Part shown: piece by piece, positions 17,439 through 26,653 of the stretch | How positions within the stretch are numbered: position 1 is the stretch's first letter | Layout of the letters: every line of letters starts with the position of its first letter | Origin: Candidatus Dormiibacterota bacterium | GTDB taxonomy: Bacteria > Vulcanimicrobiota > Vulcanimicrobiia > Vulcanimicrobiales > SCRA01 | Reading direction: 5' to 3' | Length of the DNA stretch: 64,000 nucleotides | NCBI GenBank assembly: GCA_035533275.1 | Contig: DATLUD010000008.1 | Coordinates: 123,198 to 187,197 of the forward strand | Position numbers and translations under genes: made by a program | Notes under the pieces: generated by a model | The model's input: the letters and a program-made list of their open reading frames with translations, nothing else | Database searches by the model: none | Told to the model about the DNA's origin: nothing

Positions 17439-18593
17439 TCAGCCGTGCAGACCCAAGGCCACCATCATCTCGATCCCAACCCGCAGGGCCCGCTCGTCGA
17501 GGTCGAAGCGCGCGTTGTGGTGGGGGACCGAGGTCTCCGGGCCGCCCCGCACGCCCAAGAGGAAGTATGAGCCTGGGCGCTGCTCCTGCATGAAGGACAT
17601 ATCCTCCGACCAGAGGACGATGTCGTGCTCTATCACGTTCTCCCCGCCGACGACGCCGGCGCCCACCTCGCGGACCAGGTCGGTCATGGCCGGGTCGTTC
17701 ACCGTCGCCGGATAGCTGAAGCGGTAGTCCAAGCGATAGCTCGCCCGCATGGCCTCGCAGACGCCTTTCGCGATGCGCTCGACCCGCTCGGGCATCGTCT
17801 CGCGCGTCTCGCGGTCGAAGTTGCGCACGGTAGCCTGGAGGAGCGCCCGGTCCGGGATCACGTTGAACGTCGTCCCCGCCTCGACGTGGCCGACGGTGAT
17901 CACCGTTGGGTCCTTCGGATGGACCTCGCGGCTGACGATCGTCTGCAGAGCGGTGATGAAGTGCGCCGCCACCACCACGGGATCGACGGAGATCTGCGGC
18001 ATGGCCCCATGGCCGCCCTTGCCCTCGATCGTGAGCGCAAACTCGTCGGCCGAGGCGAAGAACGCGCCGTCGCGCACGCCGATCTTGCCGACGTCGAGTC
18101 CGCTGTAGACGTGCAAGGCGAAGCAGCGGTCGACGTGCGGGTCCTCCAGCGCGCCGTCCTCGATCATGAGGCGGTTGCCGGCGGAACCCTCCTCACCCGG
18201 CTGAAAGCAGAAGACGATGCTCCCCGGGACTTCGTCGCGCCGCGCGGTGAGCTCGGCGGCGGCGGTCAGCAGGATCGTCATGTGCGCGTCGTGGCCGCAG
18301 GCGTGCATCACGCCCTCGTTGGCCGACGCGTAGACCGCCTCGTTGAGCTCGCGCACCGGCAACGCATCCATGTCGGCGCGCAGGAGCGTGACCGGTCCGG
18401 GCCTCCCGCCCTCCAGCACGCCGAGCACGCCGGTTTGGCCCACGCCTTCGCGCACGCGCAGACCGAGCGCGCGCAACCGTTCGGCCACGAAGGCGGCGGT
18501 GCGGTGCTCTTGCATCGAGAGCTCGGGATGGCGGTGCAGATAGCGCCGAACCGCGACGGGATCGGTGAAATCGGGAAGCGCCGTCGTCGTCAA
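17439..18593 (-). CDS. M20D family amidohydrolase (N-acyl-L-amino acid amidohydrolase / hippurate hydrolase type)
   Basis: Same frame as ORF 17439..19223. TTG start at 18593 overlaps the upstream stop (TTGA). Starts LTTTALPDFTDPVAVRRYLHRHPELSMQEH. MHACGHDAH metal-binding motif. Confidence 0.85.
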   Translation of the reverse strand: MTTTALPDFTDPVAVRRYLHRHPELSMQEHRTAAFVAERLRALGLRVREGVGQTGVLGVLEGGRPGPVTLLRADMDALPVRELNEAVYASANEGVMHACGHDAHMTILLTAAAELTARRDEVPGSIVFCFQPGEEGSAGNRLMIEDGALEDPHVDRCFALHVYSGLDVGKIGVRDGAFFASADEFALTIEGKGGHGAMPQISVDPVVVAAHFITALQTIVSREVHPKDPTVITVGHVEAGTTFNVIPDRALLQATVRNFDRETRETMPERVERIAKGVCEAMRASYRLDYRFSYPATVNDPAMTDLVREVGAGVVGGENVIEHDIVLWSEDMSFMQEQRPGSYFLLGVRGGPETSVPHHNARFDLDERALRVGIEMMVALGLHG

Positions 18594-20209
18594 TTGATCC
18601 TCTTCTCCTTGCCCTGCCACTCGCGTTCGCGCAACACGAACTTCTGGATCTTGCCCGTGGAGGTCTTCGGCAGCTCGCAGAACTCGACGCTCTTGGGGCA
18701 TTTGAAACCCGGAAGACGCTCGCGGCAGAAGGAGAGCAACTCGTCGGCCGAGAGCGTCGCCCCCGCCTTGAGCGTCACGAACGCCTTGGGGACCTCGCCC
18801 CATTTCTCGTCGGGCACGGCGATCACCGCCGCCTCGAGCACCAAGGGATGCTCGACGATCGCCTTCTCCACCTGCTGCGTCGAGACGTTCTCGCCGCCCG
18901 AGATGATGATGTCTTTGCCGCGATCGCGGATCTCCACGTAGCCGTCCGCGTGCCACACCGCGAGGTCCCCGGAATGAAACCACCCGCCGGCGAAGGCGCG
19001 CGCGGTGGCGTCGGTGTCGGCGTAGTAGCCCTTCATCACGTTGTTGCCGCGCATCACGATCTCGCCGAGCGTCTCGCCGTCCTTCGGCACGTCGCGCAAC
19101 GGCAGCTCGCCGGATCGCTCGATCACGCGCACCGAGTTGCCGGCCGTGACGTAGGCGACGCCCTGGCGGCTCTTCAACTGGGCGCGTTCGTCTTCCGAAA
19201 GACCGCGCCAATGCGGCTGCCACGCGCAGACCGTGATCGGCCCGTACGTCTCAGTCAGCCCGTAGACGTGGATGATGTTGGCGCCGAGGCCCTCCATCTG
19301 ACGGATGATCTTGGGCGAGGGAGGAGCACCCGCGGTGGTGATGGTCAGCGGCCGCGGCACCGGTGCCGCGCTCGCGTCGTTGGCCAGCGAGATCAGGACC
19401 GTGGGAGCGCCGCACAGGTGCGTGACGCCTTCATCGGCGATCAGCCGCCACACCACCGGCGGATCCACCTTGCGCAGCATCACGTGCGTCGCGCCCACCG
19501 CCGTCACCCCCCACGGAAAGCACCAGCCGTTGCAGTGGAACATCGGCAGCGTCCACAGATAGACGCTCTCGGCGCTCAGGCCCGTCTCGAGCGCCTCGCC
19601 AAGCGCGTTCAGGAAGGCCCCGCGATAGGTGTACATCACGCCCTTGGGGCGCCCCGTCGTGCCGCTGGTGTAGTTGATCGAGATCGTCGCGTCCTCGTCG
19701 ACGCCGTCGATGGGGAACTCGCGCTCCGCGCCGCCGCTCAGGAACGCCTCGTAGGCCGTGTCGCGGTGCGCGTTCCCCGCCTCGTCGTAGACCACGCAGC
19801 GCAGGTCGGGGAGCTCGGCTCGCACGCGCTCCACGACGCTCGCATACTCGGCGTCGTAGACGAGCAGTCTGCTGCCGGAGTGACCGAGGATGTAGGCGAT
19901 CTCGTCGGCCAGGAGGCGCACGTTGATCGTCACCAGCACGCCGCGCATCAGCGGCACCGCGAAATGAGCCTCCAGCATCGGCGGGACGTTGGGGAGCAGC
20001 ACCGCCACCCGATCGCCGGGGGCGACCCCCGCGCGGACCAAGGCATCGGCCAAGCGCCGCACGCGCGCGTAGAGCTCGGGGTAGGTGTGGGTCAAGGCGC
20101 CGTAGCGCACGGCGGGCTTCTCGCGGTAGACGAAGGCGCTGCGGTCCAAGAACTGCAGCGGCGTCAGGGCGGCGAGGTGTACCGCCCGTGTGGAGCCGAC
20201 GTCGGTCAT
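18590..20209 (-). CDS. AMP-forming acyl-CoA synthetase (medium-chain fatty-acid-CoA ligase type)
   Basis: ORF 18590..20209. AAGGAG lies 5 nt upstream. YTSGTTGRPKGV AMP-binding motif, GWFHSGD, and the terminal lysine region TSTGKIQK. Confidence 0.9.
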   Translation of the reverse strand: MTDVGSTRAVHLAALTPLQFLDRSAFVYREKPAVRYGALTHTYPELYARVRRLADALVRAGVAPGDRVAVLLPNVPPMLEAHFAVPLMRGVLVTINVRLLADEIAYILGHSGSRLLVYDAEYASVVERVRAELPDLRCVVYDEAGNAHRDTAYEAFLSGGAEREFPIDGVDEDATISINYTSGTTGRPKGVMYTYRGAFLNALGEALETGLSAESVYLWTLPMFHCNGWCFPWGVTAVGATHVMLRKVDPPVVWRLIADEGVTHLCGAPTVLISLANDASAAPVPRPLTITTAGAPPSPKIIRQMEGLGANIIHVYGLTETYGPITVCAWQPHWRGLSEDERAQLKSRQGVAYVTAGNSVRVIERSGELPLRDVPKDGETLGEIVMRGNNVMKGYYADTDATARAFAGGWFHSGDLAVWHADGYVEIRDRGKDIIISGGENVSTQQVEKAIVEHPLVLEAAVIAVPDEKWGEVPKAFVTLKAGATLSADELLSFCRERLPGFKCPKSVEFCELPKTSTGKIQKFVLREREWQGKEKRIN

Positions 20210-20210
20210 C

Positions 20211-21218
20211 TCACTCCTTCACGGGGATCCGCACGAAGAATGCGGACCCTTTGCCTACCTCGCTTTCGACGTAGACCCCGCCGCCCCGCTGCAGGACCAG
20301 CTCCCGCACGGCGGCCAGGCCCAGTCCGGTTCCTTGGACGCCTCGCACCCCGAGGCGCTGGTAGCGCCGGAAGATCAGCGACTGCTTCGGAGGCTCGATG
20401 CCGGGACCGTTGTCCCGCACGCAGATCACGACCATGTGGCCGTCGAGGGTGGCCTCGAGGTCGATCGGCGCCGGGGCCTCCGAGTACTTGACGGCATTCC
20501 CGATGAAGTTGAGGAGGATCATGCGGACCTCCGCGGGGGTCATCGCCACTGCGGGGACGTCGTCCGGGACGCTCACGCGGATGACCCGCCCGCTCGGCTC
20601 GAACGCCGAGACGGCCTGGCGCGCCACCATGCCCACGTCGCCGCAGCGGATATCCTGATCCTCGTGTCCCGAAGCGGCCAGGGTTGCCAGCGAGAGGATG
20701 TCGTCCACGATCTGCTGTACCCGCAGCGCCGCGTCCAGCGCGGCCTTGGCGTATTCCCCGGCTTCGGCGGGCTCCTCGACGGCGAGCTCCAGAAAGCCTC
20801 GCAGCGCCGTCAACGGCCCCCGCAAGGTGTGGACCAGGTCGCTGGCCGCCGTCGACTGGCTGCGGATGACGTCGTCCTCGAGGGTGAGGTCGGCGATCCG
20901 AACGGCGTGGTAGCGCTGCCCGCCGAGCATCAAGGGCTCGCCTGCGACTTCGTAGAGGGCGCCGCCCCGCCCCTGAAGGTGCTCGGTGCGCGGCCCAGCC
21001 TCGCGCGTCCGGTCGATCGCCTCGATCATCCGCGGCTCGGCGGGCGCTCCGGCCAGCCCCAGCAGCGCCAGCGCGCGACGGTTGGCGAAGACGCAGGTCC
21101 CGCCCTCGTCGTAGGCCATCATCCCGAACGGCAACGCGTCGAGCAGCGCCGCGAAGAGCGCGCCGCTTTCCATCGTGGGAAGAGTTTCCACCTCGGGAAG
21201 ATCGGAGACGTTTCGCAT
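20211..21218 (-). CDS. Cytoplasmic sensor histidine kinase (PAS + HisKA + HATPase_c)
   Basis: ORF 20211..21218. PAS-like FGMMAYDEGGTCVFANRRAL. H-box ASDLVHTLRGPL. N/G boxes NFIGNAVKY, DNGPGI and GTGLGL. No transmembrane segments. Confidence 0.85.
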   Translation of the reverse strand: MRNVSDLPEVETLPTMESGALFAALLDALPFGMMAYDEGGTCVFANRRALALLGLAGAPAEPRMIEAIDRTREAGPRTEHLQGRGGALYEVAGEPLMLGGQRYHAVRIADLTLEDDVIRSQSTAASDLVHTLRGPLTALRGFLELAVEEPAEAGEYAKAALDAALRVQQIVDDILSLATLAASGHEDQDIRCGDVGMVARQAVSAFEPSGRVIRVSVPDDVPAVAMTPAEVRMILLNFIGNAVKYSEAPAPIDLEATLDGHMVVICVRDNGPGIEPPKQSLIFRRYQRLGVRGVQGTGLGLAAVRELVLQRGGGVYVESEVGKGSAFFVRIPVKE

Positions 21219-21349
21219 AGGCTTCTCTACCTATCGGTTTCGGCAGAACCGGGACGCCGGCCACAGCGCGCCCGGAGGATTCCGGGCGCCGGGCGCCTTA
21301 TGCTTTGAGGCTCTTCGCGGAGCAGCACTCACTTCGGAGGAACGTCGGC

Positions 21350-22396
21350 ATGGCTAAAGCCCCTTCGGCGCCCGCGCCCGCGCCCGCGCCCACGGCGGCC
21401 GCCCCGCACCACGGCCTCGCGCCCGAACAGCTGCGAGCCATGCTGCGCAGCATGCTCTTGCAGCGGACGGTCGACAATCGCGGCTTTCAGCTCAATCGCC
21501 AAGGCAAGATTCCATTCGCCGCCGGCTCGGAGGGGCACGAGGCCGCCCAATCGGGCATCGGCATGGCCTTCGAGCGAGGCACGGACCTGCTCTTTCCCTA
21601 TTACCGCGACGCAGGGCTGGTCATGGCCTGCGGCATGCCCGCCATCGAGGTCTTCTACTCGCTCTTCGCGCGAGCCAAGGACATCGGAGGCGGCCGCCAG
21701 TTTCCCAACCACCTGACCAAGCACTCCGCGGGGATCTACAGCTTCAGCTCGATCATCGCCGGGCACATGACCCACGCGGTGGGGGCGGCCTATGCCGTGC
21801 GTTACCGCAAGGAGCAGGGCCGCGTGGTCTTCTGCACCTTCGGCGAGGGATCGACCAGCGAAGGCGAGTGGCATGAGGCGATGAACTTCGCCGGCCTTCA
21901 CCAGCTGCCGATCGTCATGGTCTGCGAGAACAACGAGTGGGCCATCTCGACGCCGCAGAACAAGCAGATGGCGATCAAGGACGTGGCGATCAAGGCGGCC
22001 GGCTACGGCATGGAGGGCGTGATCGTAGACGGCTTCGACCCCGTCGCCGTCTACGGCGCCGTCAAGCAAGCCCGCGAGAAGGCGGCCGCGGGCGGCGGCC
22101 CCACGCTCGTGGAGGCGAAGTGCTATCGCTTCCTCTCGCATACGACCGACGACGACGACCGGACCTACCGCTCGCGGGAGGAAGTCGAGGCGCACCGCAA
22201 GGACGACCCGGTGCCCCGGTACGAGCACCGGCTGATCGAGAACGGCGTGATGACGGCCGCCGACGTCGAGGCCATGAAGAAGGACGTTCTGCGCGAGGTC
22301 AACGAGTGCACGGACGCCGCGGAGACCGAGCCGTATCCGGCGGCCTCCGATCTCTACACGCACGTGATGGAAGGAGCCTGGGAGCCGTGGCAGTGA
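21350..22396 (+). CDS. 2-oxoacid dehydrogenase E1 component alpha subunit (TPP-dependent; BCKDH/PDH heterotetrameric type)
   Basis: Inner ATG of ORF 21305..22396 with GGAGGA 8 nt upstream. TPP-binding region FGEGSTSEGEWHEAMNFA...VCENNEWAIS. Confidence 0.9.
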   Translation: MAKAPSAPAPAPAPTAAAPHHGLAPEQLRAMLRSMLLQRTVDNRGFQLNRQGKIPFAAGSEGHEAAQSGIGMAFERGTDLLFPYYRDAGLVMACGMPAIEVFYSLFARAKDIGGGRQFPNHLTKHSAGIYSFSSIIAGHMTHAVGAAYAVRYRKEQGRVVFCTFGEGSTSEGEWHEAMNFAGLHQLPIVMVCENNEWAISTPQNKQMAIKDVAIKAAGYGMEGVIVDGFDPVAVYGAVKQAREKAAAGGGPTLVEAKCYRFLSHTTDDDDRTYRSREEVEAHRKDDPVPRYEHRLIENGVMTAADVEAMKKDVLREVNECTDAAETEPYPAASDLYTHVMEGAWEPWQ

Positions 22397-23400
22397 GCGT
22401 CTCCGAGACCACCTCGACGGTGATGAACAACGTCGAGGCCGTGCGCGCAACGCTCCACGATGCGCTCAAGAGCGACCCGCGCGTGCTGATCATGGGCGAA
22501 GACGTCGGCCCCCGCGGCAACGTCTTCCTCATCACCAAGGGCTTCCTGGATGAGTTCGGTCCCCAACGCATTCTGGACACGCCGCTGGCCGAGGCCTCGA
22601 TCATCGGCATCGCCGTCGGCATGGCGATGGAGGGCCTGCGCCCGATCGCGGAGATCCAATTCGCCGACTTCATCTATCCGGCGTTCAATCAGATCGTCGG
22701 CGAGGCCGCCAAGACGCGCTACCGCAGCCACGGCGACTTCACGTGCCCGCTGGTCATCCGCACCCCGTACGGCGGCGGCGTGCGCGGCTCGCTCTCGCAC
22801 TCCGTCTCCATCGAGGCGCTCTTCTACCACGTCCCCGGGCTGAAGATCGTCGCGCCCTCCACGCCGGCCGACATGAAGGGCCTGCTCAACGCGGCCATCG
22901 ACGATCCCGATCCCGTGATCTACCTCGAGCACAAGAAGACCTATCGCCTCATCAAGGGCGAGGTTCCCGGCGGCCACTACGTGGTGCCGATCGGAAAGGC
23001 CGCGGTGCGCAAGGAGGGCCACCAATTGACGGTGGTCAGCTACGGCCTGAACGTGCATCAGGCGCTCGAGGCCGCCAGCCAGCTCGATGCCGAGGAGAGC
23101 CTCAAGATCGAGGTCATCGACCTGCGCTCCATCCGTCCGATGGACAAGCAGACCATCCTCGAGAGCGTGCGCAAGACGCGCAAGCTTCTGATCGTCCACG
23201 AGGACAACAAGTTCGGCGGCGTGGGCGCCGAGATCTCGGCCATGGTGGCCGAGGAGGCGCTCTTCGATCTCGACGCCCCCATCGCCCGCCTTTGCGGTCC
23301 GGACGTGCCCGCCATGGGCTATGCCCTGCCGCTGGAGGAAGCGTTCATGATCTCCACGGAGCGCATGAAGCAGCGCATGCGCGAGATGGTGAAATTCTGA
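22393..23400 (+). CDS. 2-oxoacid dehydrogenase E1 component beta subunit
   Basis: Same frame as ORF 21937..23400. GTG at 22393 overlaps the E1alpha stop (GTGA); ATG at 22423 (MNNVEAVRATL) is an alternative start. Typical GEDVG...RILDTPLAEA transketolase-pyrimidine domain. Confidence 0.9.
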   Translation: MSVSETTSTVMNNVEAVRATLHDALKSDPRVLIMGEDVGPRGNVFLITKGFLDEFGPQRILDTPLAEASIIGIAVGMAMEGLRPIAEIQFADFIYPAFNQIVGEAAKTRYRSHGDFTCPLVIRTPYGGGVRGSLSHSVSIEALFYHVPGLKIVAPSTPADMKGLLNAAIDDPDPVIYLEHKKTYRLIKGEVPGGHYVVPIGKAAVRKEGHQLTVVSYGLNVHQALEAASQLDAEESLKIEVIDLRSIRPMDKQTILESVRKTRKLLIVHEDNKFGGVGAEISAMVAEEALFDLDAPIARLCGPDVPAMGYALPLEEAFMISTERMKQRMREMVKF

Positions 23401-24773
23401 TGTCAACCACCATTACGATGCCGCAGCTGGGCGAGAGCGTCACCGAGGGCACGGTGGCCCAGTGGCTCAAGAGCGTGGGCGACAGCGTCGAGAAGTACGA
23501 GGCCTTCGTCGAGGTCTCGACCGACAAGGTCAATGCCGAGGTCCCCTCGCCGGCAACCGGCGTGCTCAGGCAGATCCTCGTCAAGGAAGGCGAGACGGTG
23601 CCCACGGGAACGCCGATCGCCATCATCGAGGACGTGGCAGCGGCCGGGGCCCCCGCGCCGAGCGCCCCCGAGCCGGCACGGACGACGCCCCCGGCGCGGC
23701 CTGCGCCGCCCGCCGCTCCGGTACTCACGACCAACGGGGCGGCGCGCTCGGCCGGGGCGCAGACCACCACGCCATCCGGGGCCGTGATCTCCTCGGCCAG
23801 CGTCCATGCGTCGCCGGCCGTGCGCAAGCTGGCGCGCGAGCACAGCGTGGTCATCGCGGCGATCCGCGGGACGGGACAGAACGGCCGGGTCACCGCCGAG
23901 GATATCTTGGCGCACGTGAGGCAACGCGGCTTCACCCCCGTTCCCGAGGGGCTAGGCGCCATGCCCTACGTCTCCGAGGCCTTCCACGCCCCCACGCAGG
24001 TGGCGGGGGCCGGCGCGCCCGCGGCGCCGGCCGCTCCCGCGGCGCACGGCGCGGCGGCGATGTACGCCAACCCGCAGTTCGGGCAGACGATTCCCCTGAC
24101 GTCGGTGCGCAAGATCATCGCCGAGCGCATGGTGGAGTCGAAGCGCACGGCGCCTCACGCCTGGTCGATGGTGGAAGTCGACGTCACCAACGTGTGGAAG
24201 TGGCGCGCGCGCGAGAAGGATGCCTTTCTGCAGCAGACCGGATATCCGCTCACGCTGCTGCCGTTCATGCTGAGCGCCGTGGTCGAGGCGATCCGGCAGA
24301 ACCCGCTGCTCAACGCCAAGTGGACGGCCGAGGGCATCCACGTCAACGCGGAGATCAGCCTCGGCGTCGCCATCGGTCTCGAGACGAACCTGGTTGTGCC
24401 GGTGATCCGCAACGCCGACCGGCTTTCGATCAAGGGCCTCGCCATCGCCGCGGGCGAGCTGATCGAGAAGGCGCGCCGCAACCGCCTCTCGGTCGACGAT
24501 CTGCAAGGAGGGACGTTCACCGTGAACAACGTGGGCGCCAACGGCTCGGTGGCCTCCGCGCCGATCATCAACGGCGGCCAGGCCGGCATCGTCACGATGG
24601 AGACGGTCGTCAAGAGACCTGTCGTGACCAAGGACGACGCCATCGCGATCCGCTCGATGATGAACGTCTGCCTGAGCCTCGACCATCGCGTGATCGACGG
24701 CTTGATCGCCAGCCGCTTCCTCAACGCCGTCAAGGCGCAGCTCGAGGCGATGGGGCCAGCCGGCACGCTCTGA
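23400..24773 (+). CDS. Dihydrolipoamide acyltransferase E2 component (lipoyl, E3/E1-binding and catalytic domains)
   Basis: Same frame as ORF 22743..24773. ATG at 23400 overlaps the E1beta stop. Lipoyl-lysine motif EVSTDKVNAEV. PSBD ASPAVRKLAREH. Catalytic DHRVIDG. Confidence 0.9.
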   Translation: MSTTITMPQLGESVTEGTVAQWLKSVGDSVEKYEAFVEVSTDKVNAEVPSPATGVLRQILVKEGETVPTGTPIAIIEDVAAAGAPAPSAPEPARTTPPARPAPPAAPVLTTNGAARSAGAQTTTPSGAVISSASVHASPAVRKLAREHSVVIAAIRGTGQNGRVTAEDILAHVRQRGFTPVPEGLGAMPYVSEAFHAPTQVAGAGAPAAPAAPAAHGAAAMYANPQFGQTIPLTSVRKIIAERMVESKRTAPHAWSMVEVDVTNVWKWRAREKDAFLQQTGYPLTLLPFMLSAVVEAIRQNPLLNAKWTAEGIHVNAEISLGVAIGLETNLVVPVIRNADRLSIKGLAIAAGELIEKARRNRLSVDDLQGGTFTVNNVGANGSVASAPIINGGQAGIVTMETVVKRPVVTKDDAIAIRSMMNVCLSLDHRVIDGLIASRFLNAVKAQLEAMGPAGTL

Positions 24774-24810
24774 GGAAATCCGGCGCGCAACGGCGAAGGG
24801 CTGCCGTTCG

Positions 24811-25056
24811 ATGAAGTCGCTCTCACTGCCGCTCTCAGTGCTCTTTGCGCTTCCGGCTCTCGCCGCGCCAGCGCGCCTGGTCGCGTACTCGGGATCGATG
24901 ATGGGGCGCGATCTCTCGTTCGTCTCGCTGATGACCGTCTTCGGCGACGACGCCTTCAACGTGACCTACGCGCGCTCGTCCACGGTCCCGGCGTCTCCGC
25001 GCGTCGTCACCGCGACGGAGACCCTCTGCCCGACGCCCTCGCAGCAGCGGCGGTGA
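24811..25056 (+). CDS. Hypothetical 81-aa ORF with a signal-peptide-like N-terminus; may be the 5' part of a frame-shifted gene
   Basis: ORF 24811..25056. Very high GC3, so coding-like. N-terminus MKSLSLPLSVLFALPALAAPA. It ends where coding signal switches to the next frame. Confidence 0.35.
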   Translation: MKSLSLPLSVLFALPALAAPARLVAYSGSMMGRDLSFVSLMTVFGDDAFNVTYARSSTVPASPRVVTATETLCPTPSQQRR

Positions 25057-25174
25057 TCCGGCCGCCGACCTGATCGCGTGCTACGAACGGCGAGGCTTCC
25101 GGCTCGTCGACCGCGTCGCTTGGCAGCACGCGAGGTATCCGAGCATCGTCCTCTCGAAGCCGCTCGACGGATGA
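24965..25174 (+). pseudogene. Startless GNAT-acetyltransferase-like C-terminal coding fragment, translationally coupled to the downstream hydrolase
   Basis: This frame is open from 24965 but has no ATG, GTG or TTG. From about 25055 it reads GDPAADLIACYERRGFRLVDRVAWQHARYPSIVLSKPLDG* with high GC3, matching the GNAT C-terminal 'xYERxGF' motif. Its TGA overlaps the hydrolase ATG (ATGA at 25171-25174). Confidence 0.45.
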
Positions 25175-26070
25175 CGGTGCTGACAACGACGAACTCCTAC
25201 GACACCGCGCTGCGGCGGCTGGAGCTGCTGAGCGCCGAAGATGGTCCCGAGATTGGAGGCGGCTCGGGTACGCGCGCGCTGCTTCACGGCCGGCGGACGC
25301 GAGGCGCGCTCCTGCTCCTCCACGGCTTGGCTTCCGCGCCGCCGCAGTTCGCGCTGCTCGGCGAGCGCCTCCATGCGCGCGGCTGGAACGTGCTGATTCC
25401 GCGTCTTCCGCACCATGGCCACGCCGACCCGATGACGACGTCGCTGGCAGATCTCACGGCGGACGACCTGCGCGCGGCGGCCGCGGAGGCGCTCGCCATC
25501 ACCGCGGGCTTGGGCGAGCGGGTGACGGTAGCCGGCTTCTCGATGGGCGGCACGCTGAGCGCGTGGCTGGCGCACCATCGCCATGAGGTCGAGCATGCGG
25601 TCGCCATCTCGCCTTTCCTCGGCGTCTCCCTCCTTCCCGCGGGAACCGGCGGCCTGCTCGCGCACGCGCTCCGCCGCTTGCCCAACCGCTTTCTCTGGTG
25701 GGATCCCCTGCTGCGCGAGCGTCAGCGCCTCACCCCGCACGGCTATCCGCGCTTCGCGACGCGTGCGGCCGCGGCCGTGCTGACGCTGGCCGAGGCGACA
25801 CTGCGCGGCGCCCGCGCCGGGGCGCCGGCCGCGCGCCGCATCACGGTGGTCGCCCATCGGCGTGAGCCCGCCTGCAACACGCGCGACGCGCTCGCCCTCG
25901 TCGAGGCCTGGCGGCGTAACCCGAACGCCGACGTGCGTGTTGAGATGCTGACCGGCCTGCCGTCGCTCCACGACATCATCGAGCCGGGGCGCCCCCAGAC
26001 GCCGGTCTCGCTCGTCTACCCGCGGCTCATCGAGATCATCGACGCGCCGCACGGCAAGGAAGCACGATGA
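25171..26070 (+). CDS. Alpha/beta hydrolase (esterase/lipase-type)
   Basis: Inner ATG (MTVLTTTNSYD) of ORF 25078..26070; the annotated N-terminal extension has low GC3. Nucleophile elbow GFSMGG. HGLASAP oxyanion region. Confidence 0.8.
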   Translation: MTVLTTTNSYDTALRRLELLSAEDGPEIGGGSGTRALLHGRRTRGALLLLHGLASAPPQFALLGERLHARGWNVLIPRLPHHGHADPMTTSLADLTADDLRAAAAEALAITAGLGERVTVAGFSMGGTLSAWLAHHRHEVEHAVAISPFLGVSLLPAGTGGLLAHALRRLPNRFLWWDPLLRERQRLTPHGYPRFATRAAAAVLTLAEATLRGARAGAPAARRITVVAHRREPACNTRDALALVEAWRRNPNADVRVEMLTGLPSLHDIIEPGRPQTPVSLVYPRLIEIIDAPHGKEAR

Positions 26071-26642
26071 TTCGCTACGCGCACACGCTAGACTCGCCGA
26101 TCGGGCCGCTGGTCGTTGTGGTCGGCCCCGACGGCGCGCTCACGGAGATCGAGTTCGGGCGCACGCACCACAACCGGCTCTTCGAGCGGATGGAGCGCGC
26201 GCAGATCGGGCTGGAGCAGGATCCGCGCCGCACCGATCCGGTAGCGCGCCAGCTCGACGAGTACTTCGCCGGGGTGCGCCGCGCGTTCGATCTCGCGCTC
26301 GCTCCGGAGGGCACGCCCTTTCAACTGCGCGTCTGGGAGGAGCTGCGCCGCATCCCATACGGCGTCACCACCACCTACGGCAAGATCGCCGAGCGCATCG
26401 GCAAGCCCACCGCCTCGCGCGCCGTTGGCCTGGCCAACGGCTCGAATCCGATCCCCATCGTCGTGCCCTGCCACCGCGTGATCGGCAGCAGCGGGGCGCT
26501 GACGGGCTTCGGCGGCGGCATCGACGTCAAGGCGGCGCTGCTGGCGCTCGAGAGCGGCCAGCTGGCCTGGCTCGACCTGGTCGCTCCCGCCGCGAAGAGT
26601 GAAGGAATCGCCGATCTACGTTCAGATCAAGGGATGACGTAG
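26067..26642 (+). CDS. ogt: Methylated-DNA--protein-cysteine methyltransferase
   Basis: ORF 26067..26642. ATGA overlap with the hydrolase. Active-site PCHRV. TTYGKIAERIG DNA-binding region. Confidence 0.9.
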   Translation: MIRYAHTLDSPIGPLVVVVGPDGALTEIEFGRTHHNRLFERMERAQIGLEQDPRRTDPVARQLDEYFAGVRRAFDLALAPEGTPFQLRVWEELRRIPYGVTTTYGKIAERIGKPTASRAVGLANGSNPIPIVVPCHRVIGSSGALTGFGGGIDVKAALLALESGQLAWLDLVAPAAKSEGIADLRSDQGMT

Positions 26643-26653
26643 AGCAGAGATTC

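Noticed and set aside
24774-25066. A third-frame reading directly after the E2 stop (…VLGIDDGARSLVRLADDRL…LRALVHGPGVSARRHRDGDPLPDALAAAAV) that superficially resembles GNAT beta4/motif A
   Set aside because: The frame has no start codon. Its third-position GC (roughly 60-78%) is clearly lower than that of the overlapping 24811 frame (about 90% or more). The Q/RxxGxG/A motif is not actually present. I treat it as pattern over-reading.
25040-25070. Programmed +1 ribosomal frameshift (prfB-like) at the CGG TGA T site joining the 81-aa ORF to the GNAT-like tail
   Set aside because: There is no SD-like element 3 nt upstream of the shift site and no CUU-UGA-C-type slippery context. A mutational or assembly indel is the simpler explanation.
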